A stretch of DNA of 63,857 bases, counting the filler, from Octopus bimaculoides (taxonomy: Eukaryota): the NCBI RefSeq assembly GCF_001194135.2. It is 5 parts of 5 records of this genome, joined end to end, with 100 filler letters (N's around TTAATTAATTAA, not from the genome) between each part and the next. Parts side by side here need not be neighbours in the genome. Positions count along the whole stretch, not along the records: positions 23,438 to 40,286 come from NC_068990.1; 4 more parts are not named here. The stretch is one strand, 5' to 3'. The first letter of the stretch is position 1, and every line of letters begins with the position of its first letter. Below are positions 23,338 to 37,184 of the stretch, one piece after another. A model generated the notes under the pieces. It searched no databases. It had not been told where the DNA came from and saw only the letters and a program-made list of their open reading frames with translations. Position numbers and translations under genes: made by a program.

Positions 23338-23437
23338 NNNNNNNNNNNNNNNNNNNNNNNNNNNNNNNNNNNNNNNNNNNNTTAATTAATTAANNNNNNN
23401 NNNNNNNNNNNNNNNNNNNNNNNNNNNNNNNNNNNNN
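23338..23437. other. Artificial scaffold-join linker N44-TTAATTAATTAA-N44
   Basis: Exactly 44 N + palindromic six-frame stop 12-mer + 44 N = 100 bp. Confidence 0.95.
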
Positions 23438-23605
23438 GGCAAAAAATACCTATAAATGATTTCTACAAGCCTATAAAATTCGAACTGTCTTTTTACAATT
23501 CACTTCCACTAAATATATCTATTTCCACGCCTTTAACCTTTATTCCTCTTCACCTATCGCACTATATTTCTCCACTTTTAATTTACTACTAATATCGTTC
23601 TTACT

Positions 23606-23985
23606 GGAGGCGCAATGGCCCAGTGATTAGGGCAGCGGACTCGCGGTCATAGGATCACGGTTTCGATTGCCAGACCGGGCGTTGTGAGTGTTTATTGACC
23701 GAAAACACCTAAAGTTCCAAGAGGCTCCGGCAGGGGATGGTGGCGAACCCTGCTGTACTCTTCTACCACAACTTTCTTTCACTCTTACTTCCTGTTTTTC
23801 CTGTAATTCAAAGGGTCAGCCTTGTCACATTGTGTCACGCTGAATATCCCCGAGAACTACGTTAAGAGTACATGTGTCAGTAGAGTGCTCAGCCACTTGC
23901 ACGTTAATTTCACGAGCAGGCTGTTCCGTTGATCGGATCAACTGGAACCCTCGACGTCGTAAGTTACGGAGTGCCAACACAACAC
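23606..23985 (+). mobile_element. tRNA-Arg-like SINE (family D; possibly an octopus OR-type SINE), full length
   Basis: A box TGGCCCAGTGATTAG, TCG at the anticodon position, B box GGTTTCGATTGCC; 12-bp TSD ATCGTTCTTACT / ATCGTTCTTTCT; second copy at 46127-46472. Confidence 0.85.
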
Positions 23986-25086
23986 ATCGTTCTTTCTCTT
24001 TCTATAAATTCCCTTTGAAAATATTTTGGCAAATTAAATTTAAATGTTGAAGTGAATCTAATGGTTTTGTGTGGTGTAAATAGCTTATGAACACCTTCCC
24101 CGCTGCAGATAAAGTAAATATATCCTGATTAAAAAAATAATTTAATAAATTTACAGTATATTATTGTCTCTACTTCGCGAATTTTCACCTGTCGCGGTGG
24201 GTTTTGGAAGGTAACACCCGAGATAGTTGAGGGATTACTGTATATTATAAGGTGCCTATCAGGGGAATTGAACCTGAAACCCCTTGGTTGAAAAGGAAAC
24301 TTGTCAACTACACAACCAAGACTGCGCATATGAAGAAAGTAGCATCGAATAACAAGCATTCAATAAATGTAACCACCTCAGATTAATTTTGAAAATGCTT
24401 CATGAATCGACTCAATCTCGTATTTCTATGGCACGACATGTCATCTTTATACAACTTCCTTAAGTCGTGTATAATTTACAGCAAAAAATGTAGAACATAC
24501 ATATCGGTGCACGTGGACGGATGCATAATTTGTACATAAGACTAAACAGACAGGTCAAACAGAAATGCACAGCCACATGCACCAATATGAACACATAAGC
24601 ACAAACACTTGCAAAAACATGTTTATATACATATGTGTATATATTTAGAAAGTGTGAGAAAGAAGGAAAGAATATAGTTCTGCACGAACATAAGTATGAA
24701 TGACGAGTGTGCTCTGTGTGTGTGTGTGTGTGTGTGTGTGTATTTGTGTGGTGAACGTGAATACATGTATATTTGCTTCTTGACACCTGCACACGTGTGT
24801 TCGCATGATTGTATGTAACTGTATTTTATAGGTTTGTATGTACGTGTGTATGTATGTATGCATATATATATGTGTGTGTGTGCTTGTGTGTGTGTATACA
24901 TATACATACACACACACACACGCACATATTTGAAATATATAGAAAAACAAAAGAGGAAGAGAGGTGTAGGAACAACAAGCAAGTGTATTAGTTTCACGTT
25001 CTGCAAAAAAAACAAAATGTCTTATATATTTCGAGCCTACTGCTTGGGTAAAATTCTAGGAAATATTAATATACTTTTCTGTGTTA

Positions 25087-25505
25087 GTGCGGCGAGCTGG
25101 CAGAGTCGTAAGCACGCCGGTTAAACTGTTTAGCGTCATTTCGTTCGACTTTACGTTCCGAGTTGAAATTCCACCGAGGTTGACCTTGCCTTTCGAGATC
25201 GATAAAATAATTACCTGCTGAGCACTTACCCACTTACCTAAAATTACTGGCGGTGTGCCAAATATGAATCCTATATATTTTACTGCTTTTAACAATCGGT
25301 AATAGATTAAAAATGCGGTGAGCTGGTAGCGTCGTAGCAGATCGGAGAAATTGCTCAGTAGTATTTTTGTTTTACTATCCTTATTTCGTGGGATTAAGTC
25401 TCACCAATAGCAGCTTTGTATTTCGTCCCTTCGTTGCCATTAAAAATAATGTATTGGAGCCAATGTATTCGACTTTTACTCTCCTCTCAAATTTGCAGGC
25501 CTTGA
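25087..25505 (+). mobile_element. Two SINE family A copies (25087-25262; degraded 25312-25505)
   Basis: GCGGCGAGCTGGCAGAGTCGTAAGCACGCCGG... and GCGGTGAGCTGGTAGCGTCGTAGCA... Confidence 0.75.
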
Positions 25506-27530
25506 ACGAGGATGTTGTATCACCAATATATATATGCTAATGAAATCTAGTAATCGCCGTAATGAGACGTCGAGCAAAGATAAAATTTTGAAAAGCGGTG
25601 GGTGAAATTAGGATTTGTTTCATGACTTTTCATTTAATTTTATATTAAATTTGCGATTTTACAGGTAAACTGTGAGACTCTGCCCGTGTTTATTTGTCCT
25701 TTAAGTCTTATATTTCCGAAAAACGCATGTTACAAAAATGAATTGCAGAGCTATCACTTGTATCGAAACTACAATGTTTTTTCCGTAGATCAGCTGATGA
25801 TGGCATCTGTAATAAAAAAATAACCATTTGCTAAGTATATCGAAGAGTAATATTATATTTATACGCTGTGTTAGCAAACGCATCAATGAATATATTCATA
25901 TTCAAAGTTCTGATATATTGATATAAAAATGACGAATACGTAATATCAGGGAGAAGTATTTGCTGCCTATAAATTTTAACAACTCATTTCAACTCTTCAT
26001 CCGTCATCTTTTGAATATATACGAAGCCAGGGGACATGAAAATCCTTACTACAATATGAAAAAAGCCCAGCCCATGAAAATCTATGAATATATTTACGAT
26101 TACACACACACATACCTGCAGAAAAATTTATTTTCACTATACTCACGAAATTTATATTTGAATTATTAATGTAACACTCCCATTTTCTCAGTTGATATTA
26201 AATGCCATTTCTTTTTACTACAAATATAAGCGATTCGATAAATATTGTAAAGGAATTTTTGTATATTTCCAGTTTTCCCAACCAGCTTTGCATATCCATG
26301 GATAATACGTCAACCAGAAAACCTTAAAATTATATTCCCTGTTCATGAAAATATTACTTCTTTTAATTTTAATGTTTCAGTGATGTTAGAATTATGAAAA
26401 TGTGTCAGAGATAATAGATGAATGTAGATATGTAACTTTTTTATGCTTAAACAATATATATTTTCAATGTAGGATCGTCTTAAACCTATTATCAAATTCA
26501 ATGAGAAAGCTCTGTACAAGTATCACAAGTAAGTTCACAAATAAATGCATATGCGTATATATGTATATATAACTATATAAGCAAAGTAGCCAGTTGGAAA
26601 ATCAAAAAATGAGAGAAGAGAGCAGTAGATATATTGACCAGTAAAGTTAATCGCCACATCAGCATGGCTATTCCATGCTACCACCGTTTTAATCCCAGGA
26701 AGATATTCCGCCATCTGGTGATAGAGGCAGCCTGCATCCTGTATATATGACAAGCAGGGGAACGAACACCTACCATCCACTAGCAGGTGACAGGATCGGA
26801 TCACGAGACCAACTCGGTTCCGGGCTATTTTTGGAATTTTCGAAGCATGCGCATATAGCTATATATAACAGTATTTAAATTTGCCAGATCCCGTGATTTC
26901 ATATACATACATATATATACCTACGCGCGCACATACATATCTAAACATATGTGTGTGTGTATAAGTATATATATATATATGTATATATATATATGTGTGT
27001 GTGTGTGTGTGCACGTATGTATACATGGATGGATAGATAGACAGATAGATAGCTAGAGAGCTTGCAATTGTGTATCCTCTCGGTGAGGTAAAANNNNNNN
27101 NNNATGTATGTATGTATATATATATATGTGTGTGTGTGTGTGTGCACGTATGTATACATGGATGGATAGATAGACAGATAGATAGCTAGAGAGCTTGCAA
27201 TTGTGTATCCTCTCGGTGAGGTAAAATTCCTTAGTTCACTCAACGATTACAAGTTTGTCACGCAATATATTCATGGGTGTCTGGTTGTCTATACTAATTA
27301 AATATTCTTTAACAATAGTTAAAGGTACAGTAGGTAAGGTAATCGCCGCAAAAGATGTTCTCATTCAATAATAAATAACAAACTAATTAGAGAAGATGAT
27401 ATAAATAAGCGCAAAGAGCCTCGAAATAATATCCCTAATATCAAACCGATGACAGAACCAAATGAAATCCCTACATGCGATATGAGAGCGTGCCCCCTCT
27501 ATAGTTGTCCAATATTATTGTAGTGACTAA

Positions 27531-27722
27531 GGCGGGGGGCAGCTGACAGAAATGCTTAGCGGTATTTCGTCTGTCTTTACGTCCTGAGTTCAAATTCTAC
27601 CGAGGTCGACTTTGACTTTCATCCTTTCGGGGTCGATAAATTAAGTACCAGTTGCATACTGAGGTCGATTTAATTGACTGTTCCGCGCCCCTCAAAATTT
27701 AGAGCATTGTGCCTAGTGTAGA
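27531..27722 (+). mobile_element. SINE family A
   Basis: AAGGCGGGGGCAGCTGACAGAAATGCTTAGCGG...GAGGTCGACTTTGACTTTCATCCTTTCGGGGTCGATAAATTAAGTACCAG. Confidence 0.85.
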
Positions 27723-27784
27723 AAAGAGTATTATTATAGAGACTGGTAGTGTTAGTATCAAATTTCAGGTAAATATGTTACCTT

Positions 27785-28200
27785 CAATCTCGAAAACATA
27801 CTGTTGAAAATTCAATGTAGATGGGCTGAACATGTTCGAATGCACGATGATTGCACTGCAAATATTCTTTTGTTTGACCAACAAGTAGAGGGATTCTGCG
27901 CTAAATGGAGAGGCACCGAAGGATATGTTAGAACAATAACTAAAATCCCTACAGCTTAATTTAACATCTTGGGAAAGTTATTGCCTAGATCGATCTGAAA
28001 GGCGTAAAATATGTCATGACACCTAAACAGTTTTATGTGAAGAAACTGGACAATAAAAGAATTCTATCCTGCAATCAACAGACACTTATGTCCAATCCCT
28101 GGCAAAATCAAAATCGTCATTGCTCCTATTATGACTTCATAGCAAAATCCTTCCATACCTGGACTGAAATTACATTCACGCATCCATCGCAAACAGATGC
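27785..28200 (+). mobile_element. RTE-BovB-like LINE 3' fragment with terminal C2H2-like motif
   Basis: LLKIQCRWAEHVRM..., LKSLQLNLTSWESYCLDRSE, and C-terminal CSYYDFIAKS..GLKLHSRIHRK after frameshift correction. Confidence 0.7.
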
Positions 28201-28489
28201 AGCTTCTTTTATATTTAAACTTTGTTTTTTTTTTTTTTTCTTCTTTTTTTAAATCCTTTCCTTGAAACACTCGTGTCAAAATAGACGGCAGTGACTATTG
28301 TTATTCTTAGTACGTGCACCTACTATTTTACTGATATAAACTGCAACTATTACTACATACAGCCTTTGTCACTATTGCTACTACTATCACTCCTGCCACC
28401 AACACCACGACTATAGCTACTTCTGTTGTTACCAACTCCGTTACTATAACAGTAATGACAACTATTGCTGCTACTACTCCGCCCTCTCC

Positions 28490-28975
28490 ATGAAGCTATC
28501 CCTAAAACTCGTCAGTTCCTCCGACTCGCATTGCGATCTTTGAAAAAAAAATGGGACCGAAAGAAAAGACGATGAAGAGAAGAAACAAGAAATATATGAA
28601 AGACAGCTGATACCAAAAGTCAGGGATAACTGACCCTTTATCGGCCTCCAACGAGAACGACTGACCTATGCCAGAAAAATCAACAACATCAATAAAAGAT
28701 ATTTTTGAAAATATCCCAGGGCCCTAATAATTACAGGTGTGAACCTGAACTTATCTGGATAGAACAACTGCAGATTTCTCAATAGTTCAGCATAGGTGTT
28801 CTCTTTTTCACTGATCTTCAGCATTATCTTAACATCCGCTGGGCAGCTAATTTTAACAACAGTATACAGCTTCTCTTTTCTATCCCAAATCATTATATCA
28901 GGTCTGTTTTGCTTACATTTTATTGGGGTCTTCACTGGTACATACCACCAGTATTCCTTTTAGCAGGACCAGTAG
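28490..28975 (-). mobile_element. RLE-type (R4-like) non-LTR retrotransposon, restriction-like endonuclease domain
   Basis: EYWWYVPVKTPIKCKQNRPDIMIWDRKEKLYTVVKISCPADVK...EKENTYAELLRNLQLFYPD.KF..PVIIRALG = RPD..I.D / K..KY..L / PVIIGALG RLE signature. Confidence 0.8.
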
Positions 28976-29860
28976 ACCATGCTTTTTAGGTCTTTTCCAG
29001 TCATCGTTACTGAATACCTACTGGCTAGAGATGGCAGTCGCTCGATTTTACTCACAATATATAAACAAAGATGCTACAGACAGCCTCTGATCTGGTAACG
29101 AGCAAAGTAGCCAGTTTTAAAATGTATGTATGTATGTATGTATGTATGCATATCTGAGTGTATAAATCTTTCACTTTTCATCTGAATTAGAAGACGATAT
29201 ACATACTGTAGACTTTAGAATGTAGAGAAACATTTTTATTACGTCAGTTGATTTTATTTGTTTAGGCGTCCAAGTTTATTTTGCTGTGATCTCAGGTAGA
29301 TCATTCTGCTTTCGATATTCACCCTAGATTTCCAGACAATGTTGTCAGTTTATTTGCCTTTGTTTCTAATATTCCTTTCTCGGTTTAAATGCTGTTGCAT
29401 TAAATATCTCTCGATGGATTTTGTCGATTCATTCTTCAATTCGGCGACAACTCGGTCCGCCATTTGACGGTCCTGCAATTCTTTTGTATCTCTATCGTAT
29501 TTACAATAATTTTTGCTGACCTCCTTAAATTTGCGCCTGTAATTTAATTGTATGAAAGTCATATATAGGTGTGTACGTGTATATATCAGCTTATATATAT
29601 TTATGCACATCATTTTGTGTATATACATATACAAATATATGAATACGCACACACACACACACACATGTATAAGTGTGAATACATGTATGTGTACATATAT
29701 ATGTGTGTGTGTGTGTGTGTGTGGTTGTGTGTGAGTGTGTGTATATATATATGCATATGTATGTATGTGTGTATATGTGAATATATGTGTATATGTATGT
29801 ATGTGCGTATATATGTATATATATACATATATACTGATATATCTAATCTATATCGATCTA

Positions 29861-29936
<76 letters not shown>

Positions 29937-30123
29937 NNNNNNNNNNNNNNNNNNNNNNNNNNNNNNNNNNNNNNNNNNNNNNNNNNNNNNNNNNNNNNNN
30001 NNNNNNNNNNNNNNNNNNNNNNNNNNNNNNNNNNNNNNNNNNNNNNNNNNNNNNNNNNNNNNNNNNNNNNNNNNNNNNNNNNNNNNNNNNNNNNNNNNNN
30101 NNNNNNNNNNNNNNNNNNNNNNN

Positions 30124-30154
<31 letters not shown>

Positions 30155-31499
30155 TATATGTATATATATATATGTATATATACATGATGCCATTTTTTAA
30201 TGTGTTATTGGTTATTTGTAAGTCTATAGGAAATCTGTTGTTTTATGCTGTGAACCTGGGAAATACTTGTAACTCGTCTGCCTAAAAACACATAAAATTT
30301 GCTTATGTAGCTGTGACTCGCAATAAAAGGATAGAAATCTCCGTATAATACATGTACATATATGTCTTGAATATGGTTGCGTCTAATGTATGATTCACCT
30401 ACAAATATCGGTTCGTAAGAAATCAAAATTTGGTAATAAATTATGAGAAATCAATAATAGAAAATATCCCTAATCTGTAATCATATCCTGAGACGAATAT
30501 CGTTTTCATATATTTTAATGGCGTTTATCAATGGACTCCGTCCACGGTGTACATCTCCTTTTTGATCTTTTTCATACATATGTCACAAATCATACCGAGG
30601 TTAACAGCTGCTGCCGTCTGTTTTTATGTAATAAAACAAGAACTAGTAGTACATAAAGATCGTCAGAATGTTAATCCATTCACTCTAGCCTAACAATCTA
30701 TATTTGTACGTAATATAATAAAAACTAACATTATTTTAATAGAAACCAACAAGATATAAGCACATTTACAATGACTCATAGTACACCAAAGTTATGCAGA
30801 CAGTAGAGAACTAACACATCAATAGACTTTAGATTGTGGGTATTTTGACAATGTCCTGTAAATTATACATCGCAAAGAATAATTGAAAGAAAAAACAGGG
30901 AATTTGGTCGCAAATTAATTTCGCAAGATTAATAATATTTTTCATTATTTTTTTTTTCAAATGATTATTTTTTTTTCGTGGGTATTCTTCCTTTTTGTGT
31001 GTTTATGTTATTCTTTGTTTAACTCATTATGTTTGCTTAATTCAAAACCACCCTTAGTTTAATTAAGATTTATTGAGTTTCTAATTAAATTCACAAAAAG
31101 ACAACTTAATTATATATTAGTCGGAACAGAGAATTTCCATATCATTAATGTGAAAATGTCTTCTATGATGGTACAAGATGTGACAGATAAAAAAAAATTA
31201 TAAAATAAAACGAAGAAAATAAGTTAAAAACAAACAAACTAAACTACTAATATGTTTGTGTTCTAAAAGATACATTAGTGACGATAATAATGTTATTAGT
31301 GTAACATATTCGCAATGTATCGATATTTGTGTGCATGTATGTATAATACTATATGCTGTTATACAAACGAAACTAATACACCACAATTATACGTACTGTA
31401 TTCATTAAAATGTATATGTGTGTATTTTTACATCAGGTATAAGAATTAAAATAAATAATTCCAGAATGCCAAATGCGTTCCCCGAGATACAGGTTCATA

Positions 31500-31680
31500 A
31501 CGCCGGTCCCCAGTTTCGTGGTATAAATATTCCGCACCTAGATGAGAAGCCTGTCCGTAGCGTGAATAACTCATATTTGCTCGCTGAATGGACTGGAGAA
31601 TCTCGAGTGAAGTGTTTAGCTCATCGCCGTATCAAGGAATCGAAAGCACAACATCACAATCACTAAGCAGAGCGATTCGA
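31500..31680 (-). mobile_element. SINE family C-like, diverged
   Basis: GCTGAATGGACTGGAG...GAAGTGTTTAGCTC...AGGAATCGAAAGCACAAC matches the family C head/core in reverse. Confidence 0.55.
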
Positions 31681-31731
31681 TCTCCATATATATACTAGTT
31701 GCGTTAAGTATGTTATGTAATAATTATGTAT

Positions 31732-31778
<47 letters not shown>

Positions 31779-32151
31779 CACACGCACATGCACAGACAAA
31801 TACATACATACATATGTATATATGTATATATATATATATNNNNNNNNNNNNNNNNNNNNNNNNNNNNNNNNNNNNNNNNNNNNNNNNNNNNNNNNNNNNN
31901 NNNNNNNNNNNNNNNNNNNNNNNNNNNNNNNNNNNNNNNNNNNNNNNNNNNNNNNNNNNNNNNNNNNNNNNNNNNNNNNNNNNNNNNNNNNNNNNNNNNN
32001 NNNNNTATATATGTATGTATGTATATATATATATGTAGATATATATATATATTCACACACACACACACACATATATTTATATATGTATGTATATGTATAT
32101 ATATATATATATATATGGACATATATATAATATACATGTATGTATATATAT

Positions 32152-32191
<40 letters not shown>

Positions 32192-32214
32192 GGGGGGGTG
32201 CGTGTGTGTGTGTA

Positions 32215-32590
32215 CATGCGTCGCACTGCGGTAAGTAGCTTGCTTACCAACCAGATGGTTCAGGTTCAGTCGCACTCCGTGGCAGCTTGGACAAGTGTCT
32301 TCTACTATAGCCTCGTGCCGACCAAAGCGTTGTGAGTGAATTAGATAGACGGTAACTGAAAGTCTGTCATGTATATATGTGTGTGTGTGCTTGTGTGTCT
32401 GTGTCTGTCCTTCAACCATCGTTTAACAACCGATATTTGTGTTTCGTCCCCGTAAATTAGCAGTTCGGCAAAATACACCGATAGAATAAGTACTAGGCTT
32501 ACAAAATCCTGGGGTCGCCTTACTCGACTGAAGCCGTTGCTCCAGCATGGCTGCAGTCAAATGACTGAAACAAATAAAAGAATAAAAGAA
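32215..32590 (+). mobile_element. SINE family B, CpG-rich copy
   Basis: GGTAAGTAGCTTGCTTACCAACC...GGCAGCTTGGACAAGTGTCTTCTACTATAGCCTCG...GTCAAATGACTGAAACAAATAAAAGAATAAAAGAA. Confidence 0.88.
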
Positions 32591-33820
32591 AACTATATAT
32601 AGCGAGCAAAATCGCTTTTAAATCTCTAAATGAGATATGAGTACTATAGATAGTAAACGTTTAAGATAGCTGTTCTATCCAGAAGTATGTTACTACCTTT
32701 TAACTCCAGGAAGACATCTTTCCCAGCTGGTTTTCGACACACAACCTGTGTCTGATATATTGTGAGTAAGAGAGCGAACTACACCCATCTAACTTCAGTT
32801 ATTTTAAGGGAACAGTTATTTTAACGAGTTGTATTTATTTATCACCCGATGAGATACATCTACACTGCTGGATGCTCCTGAACCAGTTGTTGAGTGTCCC
32901 ATCTGTGAGGAATCGATGCTAGATATAACGAAAGAATTGTCGTGATCAATAATAAATTCTCGTATATTCCATCTTCCGTTTCATTTACCATATATATATA
33001 TATATATANNNNNNNNNNNNNNNNNNNNNNNNNNNNNNNNNNNNNNNNNNNNNNNNNNNNNNNNNNNNNNNNNNNNNNNNNNNNNNNNNNNNNNNNNNNN
33101 NNNNNNNNNNNNNNNNNNNNNNNNNNNNNNNNNNNNNNNNNNNNNNNNNNNNNNNNNNNNNNNNNNNNNNNNNNNNNNNNNNNNNNNNNNNNNNNNNNNN
33201 NNNNNNNNNNNNNNNNNNNNNNNNNNNNNNNNNNNNNNNNNNNNNNNNNNNNNNNNNNNNNNNNNNNNNNNNNNNNNNNNNNNNNNNNNNNNNNNNNNNN
33301 NNNNNNNNNNNNNNNNNNNNNNNNNNNNNNNNNNNNNNNNNNNNNNNNNNNNNNNNNNNNNNNNNNNNNNNNNNNNNNNNNNNNNNNNNNNNNNNNNNNN
33401 NNNNNNNNNNNNNNNNNNNNNNNNNNNNNNNNNNNNNNNNNNNNNNNNNNNNNNNNNNNNNNNNNNNNNNNNNNNNNNNNNNNNNNNNNNNNNNNNNNNN
33501 NNNNNNNNNNNNNNNNNNNNNNNNNNNNNNNNNNNNNNNNNNNNNNNNNNNNNNNNNNNNNNNNNNNNNNNNNNNNNNNNNNNNNNNNNNNNNNNNNNNN
33601 NNNNNNNNNNNNNNNNNNNNNNNNNNNNNNNNNNNNNNNNNNNNNNNNNNNNNNNNNNNNNNNNNNNNNNNNNNNNNNNNNNNNNNNNNNNNNNNNNNNN
33701 NNNNNNNNNNNNNNNNNNNNNNNNNNNNNNNNNNNNNNNNNNNNNNNNNNNNNNNNNNNNNNNNNNNNNNNNNNNNNNNNNNNNNNNNNNNNNNNNNNNN
33801 NNNNNNNNNNNNNNNNNNNN

Positions 33821-34175
33821 GATAAAATTAGTACATATTTAACCGGTGTAATAGTTAAAGCTATACTATTTAAAGCTAAAGACGTTTATTTAATTATAAT
33901 TAAAGATCAATTGAATAATAGAAAAATACAAGATTATTTATTTCTACAAACGTAATAATAAAAAATATGAGTAGCTCAACATATGCACTCATTTAAGAAT
34001 AGAAATTTAATTAATTCTACTGGCCTCAGTAAATATATTTGGGAACTTAAAGCTAAAAATATTAAATATATTTTAAAATGGGAGATAGTTTGTAAAGCTA
34101 AATCCTATCATATAGGTAATAACTTTTGTAATTTATGTAATAATGAATTTAAAGAGATATTATTTCATAGATAGG
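33821..34175 (+). mobile_element. Penelope-like element, GIY-YIG endonuclease C-terminal part
   Basis: HSFKNRNLINSTGLSKYIWELKAKNIKYILKWEIVCKAKSYHIGNNFCNLCNNEFKEIL matches the H..SF...T.LSK.IW.LK...I.W.I...A..Y...C.LC..E PLE motif; 32600-33008 across the gap may be its non-coding part. Confidence 0.75.
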
Positions 34176-34599
34176 TAGATAGATAGAGTCAACTCAGAAA
34201 TAAAAATCAAAACTTACTTGCAAATGGACGCGTAGCGTTCGAAGATATAATAATACAAAGAATATGTATGCATGTATACCCACATATATGTACATACTTA
34301 CATCTANNNNNNNNNNATATATGCATGTATATACATATATACATATATATGTATATATGGAAGCAATAGTGTGATTATTAAAATATATTATTTCTTCTTT
34401 TATCTTAGTTTCAAGAAATTATGTTGTCCTCAATCCTCGGTATTATTATCATTTCTAAGTTAAAATTATGTGGCTTTTCCGAAGAAGTTAAAAGAGATTT
34501 TCCACCGGAATTTGTGTGTTATAGTTAGAATACCAGTGTCAGCTTTAATATTTTTTAGAAACTAACCAAGGTGCCAAAAAATATATACTTATCCATCCA

Positions 34600-35445
34600 T
34601 TTTCTCTGCCCAATATTCCTGGAAGGGTCTTGCGGATAAAGTCCACAAACATGTCTTCTACAGTGTCCTGTCAGAAGTAACCATTATTACAATTTCCAGC
34701 TGGATTCTCAGGCCTGTCCAACTGAGCCTTCTCGTTTTTCGTCCACCCACTAGGTTCCCTGCCAGTTGGCTAGGCTTAAGTAAACCGTATTGCGACTCTT
34801 TCCTGTGGCATTACAACCACATGTCCGTAGTAGCAGAGATTTGAAACTCTGAACGCGGTGAAATATCGGATCGATCTGAAGACACTCCCGATCCTCGAGC
34901 TACCTACCCATATGGAGAGATTTTTAGGTGGAACCACATTTTTAGGTGGAACCACATTTCGATTGTCTGTATTTTCGATCGTACTCCTTCGGTCATTAAC
35001 CAATGTACGAGGGGATGCTAAAATATTTCCGCCATTAGGGTATCGCGAAATGCCTGATTGGAAGCCTAACCTTTCACGTTCTACAGGATTTCGAAAAAAA
35101 TTGAAGGACCGCTACAGTTAGTGAGTGTATTTGAGAGGGGAATATGTTGAATAAAAATCTTAATTAAATGATCCTCTTGTATATTCTTTTACCCAAAGCC
35201 AGGAATATTACATTATGGGTGGATAGGCACAGAAACCAAATTGAAGATAACAAGTGTGGCCTCTCTTCTAGCCCTTCCTCTTCTGAAGATTGAATGCTTT
35301 AGCTGGCGCTGGCGTATTACTGAGCAGATACCTACAATTATAACATCTAATTTAACCCTCAGCTCCTCATCAATCGTGAACACGGCCTTCACAGATTTAA
35401 ACTTCTCTGCTAGCCTCAGTCATGTTCCACTAACATTCAATTTGA
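34600..35445 (-). mobile_element. RTE (Rex3/Expander-like) LINE 3' fragment interrupted by a mariner MITE
   Basis: LAEKFKSVKAVFTIDEELRVKLDVIIVGICSVIRQ (35240-35440) continues after the MITE as HWLMTEGVRSKIQTIEMWF...CYYGHVVVMPQERVA...PTG; 18-bp tandem duplication at 34921-34958. Confidence 0.7.
35008..35208 (+). mobile_element. Mariner-derived MITE, right TIR truncated
   Basis: TA + CGAGGGGATGCTAAAA left end; retains transposase C-terminus KLKDRYS..YLRGEYVE*; right end stops at AAAGCCAGGAATAT. Confidence 0.7.
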
Positions 35446-36317
35446 TTTACTACAAGTATTGTGCAAATCTAAATATTCACCTAATAAAATTGCTTTATAC
35501 AATTCATAATACTGTTTGTAAAACTATTCGTAGAGTATCATAAATACATTTTTATTTCATAAATGTATAACATTGCACACAGCGAAATACTTTTGTTCAT
35601 CTTTCATACAAAGCATATTGAATACCAGTTGAAGTAAATCAACATTCATATGTATTTTAATATCTAAGATAAATATAATTCTGAAGGTATTCTTCTACTG
35701 GTGTAATAAAACATACTATCCCATCATCATGGTATTCATGCAGTATGGATCTGTGTTTTCTCTAAACATCAAAAGACAAATCGAAGAAATCGATATTTGC
35801 GAAATAAGTTATGAAATACATCAATTTATGAAATATACGAATCGCTTCACAAATTTTATTATCAATCCTACTGGACAAGTGTATTGCTTGTACATATATC
35901 ATATATATGTAGACGATGCATGAGGTAAACACAGCCATATTATGTGATGGTAACACAGGGAACATTTGTGAAATATAACAGTATTGCAATGTTATCTTGT
36001 TTCACTGTACTGAAAGTTTAATTGAAAATGCTTATATTATATGCTTGTAGAAGCAAGCCATATATCCCCAAGTCACTAAAGAGAAATACGAATGTTGTTT
36101 CAAAAATTAAGTCCTAATGTTGAGGCAATTAAAATTCTATATTCACGGTAAATGTATTTCTGCAGGCAACATTTAGTGTTCTATATACTTATATTTATAT
36201 ATTCAATTATTTGTTTATCAACGTGTATTTGCACCAAGGCATGCCACTATTGAGTACTTTTACCAATACCCACGATCTCTTCTCTTTCCGTCTTTTCTGC
36301 CTGCCTGTTTGTCTGTT

Positions 36318-36365
<48 letters not shown>

Positions 36366-37184
36366 TCTCTGTATGTCTCTATCTCTCTCTTTCTTAGAAA
36401 GATACACCCATTTGACCAGCTGAACAGTCAGTGTTATCGTAATATTGCGCTGAATAATTAATTACCCTACACATGTGCATATGCGTCTTTAACACTGAGT
36501 TTATGGTAAAACGTCAGCGGAGTCGATTTCTACGACCTATTGTTGCATGAAGCCACAGGAGATAGATACATTTATTGCCTTTCGTAGTTTCTTAGAAATG
36601 CTTAAATATCAGAACACAAGAATTCATGACCAAGAAGTACATGTTTTATACACTCAGTTCCTGTTAATCTCCATTGCATTCGACACCAGGAATAAAATTC
36701 ATATTAGCAGCAAACATTGAGATATGTTAATACTTTGAACGAAGCAAAGAAAACGTGGAGATGTTAGATATATTTTACTCTTACGAAATATTAACATCAT
36801 TTTTGACTTTTATCTTCTCGCCTCTTAAAAATGTGCATTGCCACCCGTTTCTGCAAATGTTAATTGTATTACATCCGAAATCCAAACGCTTATCGCAAAT
36901 TTACACTATCTTACACATTCATCAGAAGAAAAGCACTTTTTTCTTCTCTAAAGATAATTCCTTCAGTATGTGAAAATAATAAAAGGAAAGTTTCGTCTTC
37001 GAATCGACCCTTCAATGTTGTCTATAATTTCGAAAATCAAGTATTGACATGTATATGTTCTAATATTGTTCAATTTTGCCATTGAAAATGTAATCGATTA
37101 TATTTACCACGATATTTCGCAATGACGAAATTGATATGCCGCAGCCAGAAACGAACTGGGAATTTGAGATTATTTAATACGAGA

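Noticed and set aside
23382-23393. TTAATTAATTAA as a biological motif (PacI site, piggyBac TTAA target)
   Set aside because: It always sits in an exact N44/N44 context; it is an assembly linker.
23606-23680. tRNA-Arg gene
   Set aside because: Has A/B boxes but no proper acceptor stem, and continues into a 380-bp repeat body with TSDs; it is a SINE head.
26977-27226. ~117-bp direct repeat either side of a 10-N gap
   Set aside because: Identical copies flanking a placeholder gap are the typical signature of an unmerged contig overlap.
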